From assembly GCF_000150275.1 (NCBI RefSeq), contig NW_002060945.1, positions 7,693,684 through 7,757,683 of the forward strand: 64,000 nt of DNA. Direction: 5' to 3'. Made by a program: the position numbers and the translations under genes. This DNA is from Trichoplax adhaerens (Eukaryota > Animalia > Placozoa). Below the pieces are notes generated by a model. The model did not search any database. It saw only the letters and a list, made by a program, of their open reading frames with translations, and was not told where the DNA came from. Shown in pieces: positions 1 to 14,074 of the stretch; position 1 is the first letter of the stretch, and every line of letters starts with the position of its first letter.

Positions 1-346
1 TCCCTAATATGGTAAACTACTGCATTCCATACTGGCAATTACTGTAAACCTGAGTGGCAGTAGTGATGGCTTGTCACTGAAATTCTCAGTAATAGCCATA
101 GAAATGTTGTAAAATCTTGATGTTAATTTGGAATGAGATTTCTATTCTCTTTAACTGCATAAAACTTCCTCAAATCGGATACTCGGCCTCCATAGTTTCT
201 ACAGTACTGCACACTGTACAGTAGCCCCAACCACTTTGCATAAATTACTTTCCAATCGTTACATACCGTACAGTACTATAATTGGCGGAGGAAAATGAAC
301 GAGAAATTGAGGCACTAAAAACTAAAATAAAAATCGACCGGCTACT

Positions 347-1243
347 ATGGACTACAAAAATTTAGTATCAAAGGTACTCGTAGAATCACTCGTGAATCAG
401 TGGATTCAAGAAGATATCCCCAACTTTGATTATGGTGGCTATGTCGTTGGTGAAAAGGTAGAAACAGCTGTACTACTGTGCAAGTCGGAAGGGGTCATTG
501 CTGGTCAGCCATTTGTCCAAGGTATCTATGATAAGTTGGGCTGCCAAATTCAATGGAAAGTAGAGGAAGGGACACTTATACAACCGATTGCTCAAGTAGC
601 TCAAGTGCAAGGCCCAGTTAATAAAATCTTGATGGGAGAGAGGATTTCACTCAATTGTATTTGTCGAGCAAGTGGTATAGCCACACGAGCTCGCTATTTG
701 CATAATTTAGCTAAAAGTGCTCAATGGCATGGTGAAATTGCTGGTACTCGCAAGACAACGCCAGGTTTTCGAACAGTTGAAAAATATTCGCTATTAGTGG
801 GCGGCATATCAACCCATCGTTTCAACTTATCTTCTATGGTAATGCTGAAGGATAATCATATTTGGAGTGTTGGTAATATTGAAGCTGCTGTCAAAAAAGC
901 CCGCCAAGCTTGTGGTTTTTCTACTAAGATTGAAGTTGAATGTCGCAGCTTAGAAGAAGGCTGTCAAGCGGCCAAGGCTGGTGCTGATATCATTATGTTA
1001 GATAATTTTGAGCCCGATGCTTTACACCGTTCTGCGGCAGCACTGAAGGTCCATTATCCTCATGTATTAGTAGAAGCAAGTGGTGGTATTACTGTGGATA
1101 CAATCAATTCTTATTTCGTTCCTAATGTCGATGTCATATCGTTAAGTAGTACAATTCAGGGTTGTCCTGTAGTTGACTTTTCATTAAAAATACTGAAAGA
1201 AGGTAGAGATCCATCCAATCCATCAGTAAAGTCATCCTCATAG
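347..1243 (+). CDS. QPRT: Nicotinate-nucleotide pyrophosphorylase (quinolinate phosphoribosyltransferase), single exon
   Basis: 298-aa ORF with family motifs EDxPxFDYGG, GERxx[12 protein letters not shown], [15 protein letters not shown], KIEVEC, IMLDNF, EASGG, DFSLK. Confidence 0.97.
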   Translation: MDYKNLVSKVLVESLVNQWIQEDIPNFDYGGYVVGEKVETAVLLCKSEGVIAGQPFVQGIYDKLGCQIQWKVEEGTLIQPIAQVAQVQGPVNKILMGERISLNCICRASGIATRARYLHNLAKSAQWHGEIAGTRKTTPGFRTVEKYSLLVGGISTHRFNLSSMVMLKDNHIWSVGNIEAAVKKARQACGFSTKIEVECRSLEEGCQAAKAGADIIMLDNFEPDALHRSAAALKVHYPHVLVEASGGITVDTINSYFVPNVDVISLSSTIQGCPVVDFSLKILKEGRDPSNPSVKSSS

Positions 1244-2747
1244 CGAGCTATATTGGTTTTTACCTAAAGGCGTTATGGAAGTCAGCTGAAGAGATGATCT
1301 ACAGATCTATTTCGCTTGTAGATTATAGTTTTAGCTCAAATTTTCTAAAATATCGTATGATATGGATTAGTGTTCAACACTAGCTTTGATAACATTAGGA
1401 CTTGCTTTTTCTTAATTAACAATTCTATAGGAAGAGACTTGCTGCATATTTATACATATTTCTCAACATCACCAGTTAGTTCTTAATTATACAGCACGTA
1501 AACTGTAGCAAATAAGCCAAGCATTGATCCGGATGTAAATCATTTGATTAGCGTAGAAGAAATATAATCCTTAGATATTTTACTACAAATAGTTATAATA
1601 TCAAATTTGAGTAATTAAATCGATGCAGAATCAGCCAATGGATGTATTTGAATGCTATCAAACGCATACTTAATATCTTACAACTACTATGCTGTTACTG
1701 CGATATTGGAAATGTCTTTACGTGTATTCAGGATGAAAATCAATAGGAATTTTATAGATGTAAATTTTGAAATTACTATCTTCTATGTCAAACATTATTA
1801 CTTTGCCGACGATACTGAAAGGTCAAAGCATATTTAAAGAATTAAATAATTTGGAAGTTCTATGACTTTATCATCAATTCGCAACGAATTGCGAAGATAC
1901 AGTTAGCTGTATTGTATTACCAAAGATGCGAAATTTACCTTTAATTCTTTATGAATAAAATTTTTAGCTATATAACCTATATGAAAGTTCATTTTCAAGA
2001 CCAACGTTTTATAGTATTCTTATCGAGCACTTTAACAATATTTTTCTTAGCGATTTAATTAGTTTCATACGCGTTTATTCAATCAGCAATATTTTTTTAT
2101 TTCAATATTTATTAATTAGGATCCATTTTACTTATTACTCTCAACATTTGGAAAAGCAAGCTTCAGATACTGATGTTAAATGAATACCTTACAATTTATT
2201 AGATAAACTGAATTCAAGATGGATAAAGCTAATGGGTACTTTCGAGAACTTTAATGAAGATATCCAGTTAACTGATCGGGATGGACCATAGAACATTAAG
2301 ACAGAAACAGTGCCCAGAATACATAAAACTAAAACTTGAAATTTCGATCTGATGCTAATAATTTCATCTTTACAGTATAGAATCAAGCGATTTACTGCCC
2401 TATATACTGTATATAGAAGTTAACTTACGTGATCACATAATTTAGAGGTTCTAAAACAATGGTTAATTTCCTATATTAATACGTTGTAGTAATTTATGAA
2501 TTAAAAAAATCATTTAGCGGTATTCTATCACCTCTATCTTTTCTAGATATCCTATAAAAAATTATCAGTAACTAACATTCAGATTTACTTCATCACAAAA
2601 TCTAGGCAATTTCAAAAATTAGTTCAAGAGAATAACATTGCATTGTATAGCTTAATCAACCGCTGGTAGCCGCAACATTTTTACTGTAGGTAGTCTATTA
2701 GCGTGATATATCATATGTGTACGTAAAGTATTAAAATTGCCCTATAG

Positions 2748-5700
2748 TTAACCACTGTAGATAGGATTTTTGAATTTCGACGTTGCCTGAGTATAAATTG
2801 GGCTTTCACTCTATGGATGGACAATAGACAAATATAGTACAAATTAAATTAATTCCATGCTCATTTACGATATTAACACACGTTCTTAATTAAATTTATT
2901 ACATAACCTATAGATGCGTGTGTGAAATTAGCACGAAATTTGCAATAAAGTAATCAGATTTATGCGTTGATATCGAAAAAATTGATTACTCTCAAGACCA
3001 TACATAGACATTCAAACTTACATTGATCCAATTAGCAGCTTTGCGTTCTTTTTCAAACTTCTGAAATTCGCGATAGTCCTTTTTGAAAGAAATAGAATAG
3101 TAGATAATATATAAATAATATGGATGAATAAAATACAATACTTACTTAATTACTACCAGCTAGATAAACTACTACGTAGAAGAGTCAGTGGCAAAGTAAC
3201 TCGACAAATTTACCTGAATCATGAATACAACCTTGACGATAATAACAGCAATGACACCTAAGCCAATTACACCTCCAACTACACCGCCAATTATTGGAGC
3301 AATTGGAGGCGGTTCTGGGCAAACTATATAGCAATAAGATCATTTGATATTAATCTACTGGGCGTATCAATCGTTCATAACGAATAAACTATATAATATA
3401 TTAAGCCTTCCGATATATTAATAATATTTCCATATACTTTGTTGAGATTCTATCATGACTAGTTTCTGGCCTTCGCTCGTAATATTGATTGTAAATCGGA
3501 CTCTGCACTGGTTGGCTAATTCACGTTGACAAGTATCTGCATCTAATTTATATTAAGAAAAAATATAAGAGCTAATGGCACCTTAGGATTCCATAGACAC
3601 TGAGAATTAAAACAGCAAAGGATTATGTAATCAATAAGAAAGACTATATCAGGTACAACCAGATCAGATGTGACAATCTTCAAATATAATTCTAGTACGA
3701 GCAAGATATACAAGTTAACGAATTAATTATAACCTTATCTTACAGTAAGGTTTAGATGTTACCAATAGCTGAAGTAGTTAAGACTTACCGGCTGGGATTT
3801 GATCAATAACTGTCATCGTCATGCTATTGCAGTTTGCATTACAAGCTGCTTGATCGTAGGAACCCTGATTAAATCTTTTACAGGCCACACACTCTCCAGT
3901 TTTTTCACATTCTCCTGGACAAGTCTGTTTTACATAGGGTAGCTAATTAATACTGATGTAATTAATTTCAAAAGTGCGCTCTAAGCACAATAGTGCTATA
4001 AGCAAGGGCTCAATAGAAAATCTTCATTTATCAGAAACAATATATAATAACTTGCTCATCGCTAATGTATTTAATTTAAACTCAGATATTTAATTGCTTC
4101 TGCAAACCGTGCAAACTTCACATGTTCTTCCAGTATAAGTTTCTTGAGATGAACTGCTGCAAATGCATGAGCCGCATTCGCAGATACCGCGGCCATTGCA
4201 TTCTAACTATTAAATAAATTACGGAAGAGTTTAAATTTTAAGGATTTAATCTGAAATTTTAATCATAATCTTATTCATACTCCATTGCTGGCCATACAAG
4301 TAACTCTAGATAATGGACAGCTGCATGTTCTACCAGTATATCCCGGATTACATCGACAGATACCGCAATCACAAGCTCCATTGCCTAAATCATTATTAGT
4401 TTATAAATTATTAAAGTGTTAATTAATGCACGATATGTAGTGAAACTATACTATTTACAAAGTATAATATATATATGTATCTAGCCCGCTTAATAATACA
4501 TCAGTTAATTCAGTAAATTTATCCTGGAAATTGAATTCTTAAGATTTTCCACTTGTTAATAAATCTGTTCATAAATACCTGAACATAATAGATTATTGCC
4601 TAGTGGACAAGTAAAATTGTCACACTCGCAGTAGCTACCATAGATTCTTCCCCTTACATCCTACGAATTAAGTTTATGCAATTAATGATACACAAATATT
4701 TGCATTAAACTTATTTAATTTGCTAATATGTTTATGGAAACGTCTCATAAATCTCTTCAATAGGAAGAATTATACACGCTAAATCTGTAATAACGATGCA
4801 GTCTTTAAGTAATGGTGATAAAAAATAAACTCAATACGTGTATAAGCTTAGACTTGATTAATTTCTTTTTTATTCCGCTATCTAGCATTCATATAAAGCA
4901 AAATGAACCTAAAATTTCTGAGATTTAAATTACCATGACAAATTATGCATGTTAGTATCATAAAATCTGTAGAATTACAGTATGTTACATAATGTGGCTG
5001 GGTTATGTTACTCTCAATCTATAGTTTAGATAGGAAATTGACCATAGCATATAACTATTTAATCTTGCGTATTTGAAAATCGATAAATACACCATGAAGG
5101 AAAATCAAAAACTTTGTAAGAGTCAGATTAGCATAAAAAGTACCGATATCTACTAGATTTCTTTATGAAATGATAAGGAATTTAAAATAACCTAGCTAGT
5201 ATTTAATGTTGCATTAATTAGTTAGATGATTAAATCCATCATTACCGTCTGGCACTGGCATAAACCGCAAATACACGAGCCACGATTATTGCAAACAATA
5301 CTTGAATTTCCTCTATATAAGTTAATGAAATTTATCAACGAAATCGATTAATCTGATATATTATTAAATCAATAAACTTTGTAATTAAGCTTCAAAGGAT
5401 ATAAATTTAGAATAGAAACTTTGTAATTACTCTTGACATCGAGGTGCATCAAGAAATGAATTGGCCGCACTACATTGACATCTTTCTCCAACCCTATAAA
5501 GTTAAAAGTGGCTCTTATCATTAAACTGAAACGCAAGGTACATATCACGCGATTAATACTTAATCTATGTATAATAATGGCGGTCTACGCCTGGATGTCT
5601 AAAGTAAGATGTCACGCTCATAAACTAACATCGACAGTAAATTTCTGAAGATTAGAAAATTAATTTAGCAATCAATTTACCAGCCAGCTAAGCAACTGCA

Positions 5701-8700
5701 TTGACCACAGAAGTAATCACCATTTCCATTACTGCATCTTGGGCTATTTTTTTCCTGTAGAAATGTCATGAAAAAGTAATAAAACTAAAATTTTTTCGAT
5801 ATTATTATGTTATGTTGCTTACAGCAAATTTCAACGATAGAAAAAAGTTGAGCATACGACTGCATACGACTGATTACAGTAGCCGAAACTAACCATATTT
5901 CTGGGAAGGGCACATTGACACTGACAAATATAATTGATCTTAACGACAATATTTTCAAATCCAGTTACTCTAATTACCATTCTATTAGATCCATTCACAA
6001 GAGATTAAGTTAGGAAAATGATAAAAAAATGACTTAGAAATAAAATATAGTTGTAACAGCAAATCTTTACTCATCAGATGCTCTTCCGTCAGTTGGACAT
6101 TGGGTTAAATTTAATGATAAATCGAAACTAGCCTAGAAAGACGAAGAAGCATAATGTAATAATAGCATCATTTTAATTTGTGAAAAATATCAACATCTAT
6201 TTTACTATAGGATTTACTTTTCCAAAACAAGATTATGCCAAAAAAATATTACGCAATAACAATTTTGAACGAGTTATAAGCAAAACTTTCATAGTAAAAG
6301 TAAAATTGAATTAACTACCATGTTCTATGATCTAATTATACTTAGTGGGCTTCTTAATACATGTGAAATCGATACATCTCCACCTTATCTAGTGGCAGAA
6401 GAGGATCATAAAGGTTCGCTTGCCGAACAATATACTATACCGTTTGAAGATTTCCAGTTTCATTGCATACTGATAACCCTTGAACTGCAGAGGAACTGAT
6501 TGAAAAATAAAGAATATTTTGTTAGTAAAGCGGGTCTATTAGCCCAAATAAACTTATATTGTATAACAACGTAACGAATCAATTACGGACAAAAATATAA
6601 AACAAATAATATATGTATCCCTCAATTTTTATCGTAACTACTGTTGTAATTATATGATTAGCACTGTTAATTACTACTACTAGCATAATGGATGGACTAT
6701 TACAAGAGCTGTTAGTAATCCATGTATAACGTCATCAATCGCCTAGGCAAGAAGTAGCTTTATAATAATGTACCAGAATTTTTCATGTGCTCATCCTGTT
6801 TAGTTATATCATTGCATGTAAAAGCGTATCAAAATTTTTGTATGCATATCCTGTGTATTTATCTTATTGCAATCACATATAAACTTACAGCGATCTGCAA
6901 TACTGGGATAGTTATATTTTATACTGTAATTGACACAGTAATAAACTACAGCATAACTAACTAATAAGAGATTATTCTATGCTTTTTATTACATTAATAT
7001 AGTCATTTAATACTTTAAACGCGGAACAACATATCTATATTGTCTTTATGTTCGCATTTAGTTCATTTAAACCATTTTTCAAGCAAGTAAGTTCGCTTAT
7101 TACTGATTGACGAATTAGTAAAATTATACTAGGCATTTAATTTGATAGCAGACTAATGATAGCTTAAGTATAAAGCTATAAAATTTTTACACTAATAGTT
7201 GGGAGTATCGATATTCCCTTACTTCAATAGTAAGTACAGTTTGTAAGGATAACTAAGCATTGCAAGAAAAAAATATGTAAGCCATTATGGCATACTAACA
7301 AATATCCAAAGTATTATTAGTTAATATCTCCACTATCTAAGCTGCATATAGTGTTAATTTCTTCTAATAACTACGTACAGAATAATTGTTCATGAATATT
7401 TATCACCGTACTAAATACAACTCATTTTACTATAATAAGATATTATTACTTTAAGTTCGACTCTAGCTACAAAAATTAAAATATTATCTACAAAGATAAT
7501 CTCGTCAAGTGGGCATTATTATTAAATTGGGCTATTTTAATATTAATTAACGCCATTTATTGACCAGAATTTTAGATTCACTGTTAAAAGTTATTCTAAT
7601 AATGTTCTATCTTACTTGGGGCAAGTTGCAGTATAGCCAACCAATACATTTTCTACGAAAGAATTGGTGAGTATAACGGTGGAGCTAATTCTCTAGATAT
7701 TTCAAGTTTGATAAAGTATTAGAATTGTCACAATATCAAATTCTTTATAAATAAAATAGGATGATAATAATGCTAACTCTATAGCTGTCTTCTATTAAAC
7801 TGATGATATTACTGCCGTCATTTTCCCATTCACCAACTATAGCACCTACTCCAGTTAAATGGTCGGCTAGAACCTAAATTGATCACATTAACAGTGAGAA
7901 ATGCTCTCATTCACGTTGCTCTTTGCAGTAGCTTTGCTGATAACGGAAAAATTTCATTTTTTTACATTGTACATGTAATGATAAGACGCTATAGAATACA
8001 TGAAACCCACTGTCTGCATTAATACATCGTTAATTAATAGCAGTCTAATTGTTGAAATAAATGATAAATTTAAAGTAAATTACAACAGGCTTACAAAATG
8101 TTCCTTTAACGCTCTTTTTAAGACTGCAAATACCGGAAGGATTTTGTTTTCGATCAACATTTCCCGCAATTGTGTTACTGATGGATAATCCTTATCCGCG
8201 ATTTCATAATCAAAAATAGTTATATTAATCCATAATAACGTTAAAAGTTATCAAGGATCGCACTGATCAACATTTTCACCTATAGATGGAACACACTACA
8301 ACAATTATTAACCTCTACGAAATCATACTGTAAGTAATTGTGCAACCGTTTAATAATCGCAATAAAAATTTATAGTAAGGCATCGCGATAACATTAGAAG
8401 TAAAAAATAATACAAATAGACATAAAAGTGAGCTTTTTCGTTATTGTCGATTTGTATTAAACAGAAGCTGTTTCATCATTTATAACCCAACAGCAAATAT
8501 TTTAGCTTATCATGATATCAAGAAAAAGATGGTTATTTATACTCGTACGATATACCGCCTAATTCACACTTTAGTAAGCCTATGCTTAATCATGTTACAA
8601 TAATCGTTATAACATCTTATAATCCAAAGGTGTATTAGTCTGTTAGGATATTATTCGATGCACTAAGGCTAATAGATCACTACTTTAATCATGGATAGAA

Positions 8701-11700
8701 TTCTTTCTCGTTACTTTTAGCTTTGAGATCAGTCATGGATAGATTGATAAGGCAATAAAAACAGAAATTGGATAGCTTTAGTAGTTATGTCTTCTCATTA
8801 CCATATCCAGTGCAGCTTGATACTTATTTTCGGAATTTATGTGGCACGCACCGTCATTTGGAAGAAAGATTCCTGCCAGCTAAGAAAGAAGATCAATTTT
8901 ATATGATGATTAAATAACAATTTTTTAGTTCTATTCTTTAATATGGTAAACGTAATTATTATTTATCGAAAAGTTAAGAGTCCATAAATCGGACAATTTA
9001 AATCTTAGAAGTAAGTTATTGCTTCCTGGATTAAAAATGTATAATAGGGAAATACCAGCACCAATTACTGGGGAAAAATGTTGATTTCTTTCGTACTACA
9101 ATTATTTGTCATTAGCATCATTAGATAATAGGTAGGAAGAAATTGGTACAGGATTGATGCTGCTACAATAGAATTACAGTAGTTTGATATTATAGGATCT
9201 AAGTAACTCCTTGTTGTGAATGATGAATTTATCATAAACTTAAATCCTTTATAATCATATTTTGCATTCAAGCGATAATTTAATGAAGAGAATCAGAATC
9301 CTATCATAATACCTTACTATCGCCGGCATAATGGAAGAAACCATCTGTACAATAAACGACGATATGGCGAGCCCCCCGTCTCCATCCAATGTGCTAACCA
9401 TCATTGCATATAGTTGTAGTATTTATTAACAAGAAATCCATTTAAGATTTGTAAACATGAGACTAAGCAACCGTCTTAGCTCTATGATTACATTAACAAC
9501 CCCTCTGGAATATATAAATGTACTAACCTGGGGACAAACAGATACTTGCAGTAAAGCTTCTAATCCACCTTCTGGCGCATCGCTATTTGAAGAAATGTTT
9601 TGTTGATCGATACCTTGCTGTAATATAAAATCATCCACAGGACGGACAAGATTAGGCATTAATGTAAATTGACAATAAAAGTATATTCGAGGATATTACC
9701 TGGAATTCCTTGATATCAGTGGTTAATGGACGTCCATTACGAAAAAGATAAGTTGGATCGCAAGGAATGTTATTAGCAGAATCACTAAATGAGCAGGGAT
9801 ATGACTGTCTAAAGAAATAGATGATAGATGACAGAGGTTATTATTAATTCTTGCCACAATTTCGTATGTTCCATTTATCCTAAATCTATGCATCCTCCAT
9901 CTCCTCATATTATGTACTGCAAGACAGTACTTAAAACGAAATTTTATCTTATACATAATTTACCTTCGTTTTGCGCCAAAACCAAAGGGTGTAACTGGTT
10001 TATCAACAAAGGTGCCAAACCCAAAAGAACTTTGGGAAGACAAATTTCGAATTGTACTGGCTGCAATAATTGAAGCGCACGAGCAATTCAGTATTTCATT
10101 TCCGTTAATCAAAATACATATAGAGTAAGAGACATACCCAATTGTGTGGCAATTGTTTTCAATCTCTCTAAATGAGGCAACATCGATCTAGACATGTCCA
10201 TCAATATATACAGATCGACTGGATAATCTCGTGCAGGTCGAACTTGAATGTTAATATTTGCTGGCATACCTAGTTTATGCATTATTTTCAGTCGACATTG
10301 GGTTACATCAAGTTAATTAAAGGTATTCTAAGTTCTGATTACAGTACAATAAGGATAGATCTAATCCTGGTCGTCCTCTAATAATTACGAACGTATCTCA
10401 GACAGAAGATAGTTTTCAATAGTTCATACAGTTACTGTTGATGATTAAAACGCAGTAGATAGAATAAAACATTCGCATAACAACTTATAATTTAGTAGTT
10501 CTTCTTACTTGATCATTATTAATCAGTTGATAACCTGTTATCACTAGTAATTTAACTATTTAGCTCTCTGAACTACGATAATTCAATAGAATGTTCTTAC
10601 CTGGCCTTAGTGAAACCTCAAATCGAGTTGGCGATACTTGCTGAGTATCACTAAATTGTGGCGTCTAAAACATGCAAATAATAGCTTTATTTCTACCGTA
10701 TAGGAGATATAAGGAGTAATATTAGGGTAATTCTTGAAATAAGTGACAAGGCAGCTATTTGCTCTCATTTAGGTACAAGACGTGTAGACAGAGTCAATAA
10801 TTACCAAATAGATAATTAAACATGAAAACAAGTATCGTGAAATCAATTATACCAAAATTAATGGATAAAATCGGTAATGACTGCGCTTTATAGGGTACTA
10901 TATTTGTTCATTCATATCTGATTAAAGTACTACTACGAATACTACTCTTGCCGGAATGATATAAACTGATATCATTCTTGATGAGTGTTCAATATCTCTA
11001 TCGGTAGGATATTAAATCTATTGCAGAATATATCAGCTACGTTAATTGTACAATAACTTCACAAAGATGTCTGGCATTGCTGATCAAACTTAAAATTTTT
11101 GTTACAGATGCTACTATATTTTAAGTAAATGGAAATCAATATCAATCTGAAGGTACGATAACAGCTATAATGAAATATGAATATGCTTAATGGAATTCAG
11201 ATTATCATAATAAACTGTAAATAAGAATTTTACGCGGACATATTTTAGTGCTCGTCAACAATATAAGTAGGGTAAACCAGAGGAAATCTGTTAAACTTGA
11301 TTAAGCCACTTATCAGGTATAACTATTTCTAGACGAAACTTATATTTATTCTTATAGATATTCATATCTACGACAGTTAAATTTTAACTTTTTGCAACTT
11401 TACTGCTAAAACTAAATTAAATCTGAATCGATTTCTGTAAATATTTAACCGTAAGAATATTAAGCTTAAATACGGCACTGCTACAGCTCTTCAGTTGGAC
11501 TACGATATCTGTAAAGTAATGCTAATAGATCTTAAAATTGATCTACAGATGCAGATTTAACGAAAGGAAATCAATCAGATATCAATTTTGCCTTTTAAGG
11601 CTAAACTACTCCCAATTTGAACGCAATATAAAATGAATATAAATCGTTACCGTTGTGGCCGTTGATGTCGATTTAGGATTTGAAATATTTCGACACAGAT

Positions 11701-12223
11701 TTTGCTGCAGATTTTCTGCAGTATCACATCGCGTGCGAATAAAAATCTAAAATAATTTTACAAAAGCATAACGTTCGATTTATTTAAAGCCGTATTTAAT
11801 GTGAAAATGAAGGAAAGTTTGGTTTGAAACTGCAAGCTTGAGAGAGAAAATTACTAAAAAGATTCGCTACAACTTTTCATAAGGTATCACGAACCTCATC
11901 GGAACACCAAGCACATTGAGGTAGAGAAATACAACTTTGACATGTTGTTGCGACAGAGTGGCATGGATCTAAGATCGGAGCAATTTCAAAATTACACAAG
12001 AAATATAGTTTAGGTAGTAATCACGTGTAGCTACCACACTATAAAAACACGTACGTAGAGCTAATATCGAATCCTTTTAGTGAAATTTATCACTGATTTA
12101 GAATTATCTTTCAAGATGAAAATTTAAAGTTATACTGAACTAATCAATCTTACTTGATTGTGCCCAAGCAGTTGCCAACAAAATTGTGAAATGAATTACG
12201 CTGAGCAGCAATTTATTAGACAT
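2748..12223 (-). CDS. ITGB: Integrin beta subunit, 27 coding exons, about 774 aa
   Basis: Hand-spliced with GT-AG introns and consistent phases. Exons in transcription order: 12154-12223 (signal peptide [23 protein letters not shown]), 11895-11968 and 11651-11746 (PSI: [21 protein letters not shown]), 10601-10664, 10138-10269 ([20 protein letters not shown]), 9964-10060 (GFGTFVDK), 9700-9808, 9528-9617 ([14 protein letters not shown]), 9313-9393 ([14 protein letters not shown]), 8802-8879 (PNDGACH), 8095-8190 (DYPS), 7778-7873, 7616-7692, 6441-6495, 6071-6132, 5894-5981 (CQCQC), 5681-5754, 5431-5493, 5246-5312, 4579-4660, 4281-4384, 4108-4206 (I-EGF repeats), 3789-3924, 3438-3542, 3214-3323 (TM), 3022-3078 ([11 protein letters not shown]), 2748-2810 (SPIY..NPIY, stop). 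Total 2325 nt = 775 codons. Confidence 0.95.
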
Positions 12224-14074
12224 ATTCCTTAACCTAGTTTCCAAGAAAATTAAAGTAAATATGGCATTTGTGATTGGGTTAAGTACTTTATTACCAAAAT
12301 ATCAATTACAAATTAAAAAAAGTCATCTCCGGCTATATAATTGATCAAGTATAATCAAGACTTAAAACAGAATTATTTTCAAGGACTTGGTACCACGGAG
12401 AGTTTATTTTCAAAAATGATCATTTATGGAATCAATTAAATACCTTAGCGCTCACTTAAGAGCAAAAAATGAACGAAAATATTCCGAAAGGAAATATTCT
12501 AAAGTACCATACTGTATAAGGGGAAAAATAGCGAAGATTGAACTAGAATTAATTGTTGAGAATTACAACTCATCCAAAGCCTAATTTCAAAATAGTGCTT
12601 TACTGTCTGGTCGATGACATGATCAGGTACTGAATTTCCCTAGTAAGGGAATAATGATAAAAATTGGGATATGAAAAAACTTTTTCGGCTATATCACAAG
12701 CGAAGAATGATCAAGGTTGTGAATCGAGGTATCTTTAGAAACTAATAATCGTCGATAGCCTAAAGCAAAAAGAAAAGCTACCTATGATCAATAATTTGAG
12801 CGAGCATATTATTGCCTAAATAAGAAAATAAGAAAGATGACTGTGATATGAAAAGGGAGTTCTTTAGGTCATAATAGTAGCTATGAATGAAAACAGATTT
12901 TTTTGGAACGTAAAAGCAACTCATAGCCTCATTCGAAAATCGAAGGCTATGAGTCAAGTAGTGCTTAGAGCAAAACTAATCACCAAATTTTGAGAAATAT
13001 GATCGAAATTAACATTTAAATAAAAATATTTGTGACTACGATATATAAAATATGAAATAGAAGTAAAGTTAAAAATTGAATTTTATTTCAACCGTAAAAA
13101 TATCAATAGAAAGATTTCGTTCCATATTATAAAATAAGATGGTTTGTATCTATTAGTTCTGTATATAGCACAGTAATCCGTGATGTAAGATTACAAACCG
13201 GTATTTACTTTCAGTTGAATAAGCTTGTTTCTATTATAGACATTCCCGCAAGATAGATGAGCATATAGGCAATTTAATTTAAGTTAGACCGCTACTATCC
13301 TTTCTATATGATAAAATTTCAAAAGCTTTTACTTTCTATTGGAATGATTTAACACTGGTTGAATTCAAGATTTTATCAGTCACTGTAAAGAACTACGATA
13401 TAATTTACTGTATTATCGATCTCTTCTCGCTTTCAGCACTTATAACTTTAATTTCGATAGAAGGGAAATAATTGTCAATACGAAATGTTACCTTTGGATT
13501 AAGTATTAATCGCGAGAATATTCTCCTGGTTTCTCTTGATTCAATCGTTGACGAATTTCGATATAGCAAAAGATGAAAATATCAGGTATTCTAGTTATTA
13601 ACTTAATATCTGTATTGGATACTAATGAAGTTAATTCTTCAATTTCTATACTATCAGTACAAAAAGCATGATTAGCGAGTCATTTCCAGTTAAATTAAAT
13701 TTTTTCCACGATTCCTATAGTAAAAAGTGTGGAATGAACAAATATGCACTTTATACCTTCATGGTGGACACCTGCTAGTTACGGTACCATCACGTGATAC
13801 CGCGCCCATATCACTGTCATAATTTTCTATTACTGTATATAGCAATTCGTAGTTTCTAAATTAGAATAAAATTAATTTTATTTATCCTACATTCTATAAG
13901 ATTGGAGTGCTGACTTAGTAATCACTAGTATAGGATTAGTTTCAAGTCTGCGACCAGGAAGTGGATATGCAAAATTCTCGAGGTAGCTATTTCATGACGT
14001 AATGATAGCTTAATCTAAGCGGATAGATAGTACATGTATATATATTATTGATCATATTGAAGTTTTTCGATTTC

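Noticed and set aside
1-193. Possible divergent gene starting at the minus-strand ATG at 193
   Set aside because: The frame stops after 7 codons and no other frame gives a recognisable peptide.
9700-9784. Apparent loss of the integrin specificity-loop disulfide
   Set aside because: Using the upstream acceptor at 9809 restores C-x10-C in frame.
8000-10073. Short ORFs 8000-8188, 9065-9271, 9723-9956 and 9828-10073 as separate genes
   Set aside because: They are antisense, off-frame or intronic overlaps of the integrin gene; 9426-9659 is exon 8 plus intron read-through.
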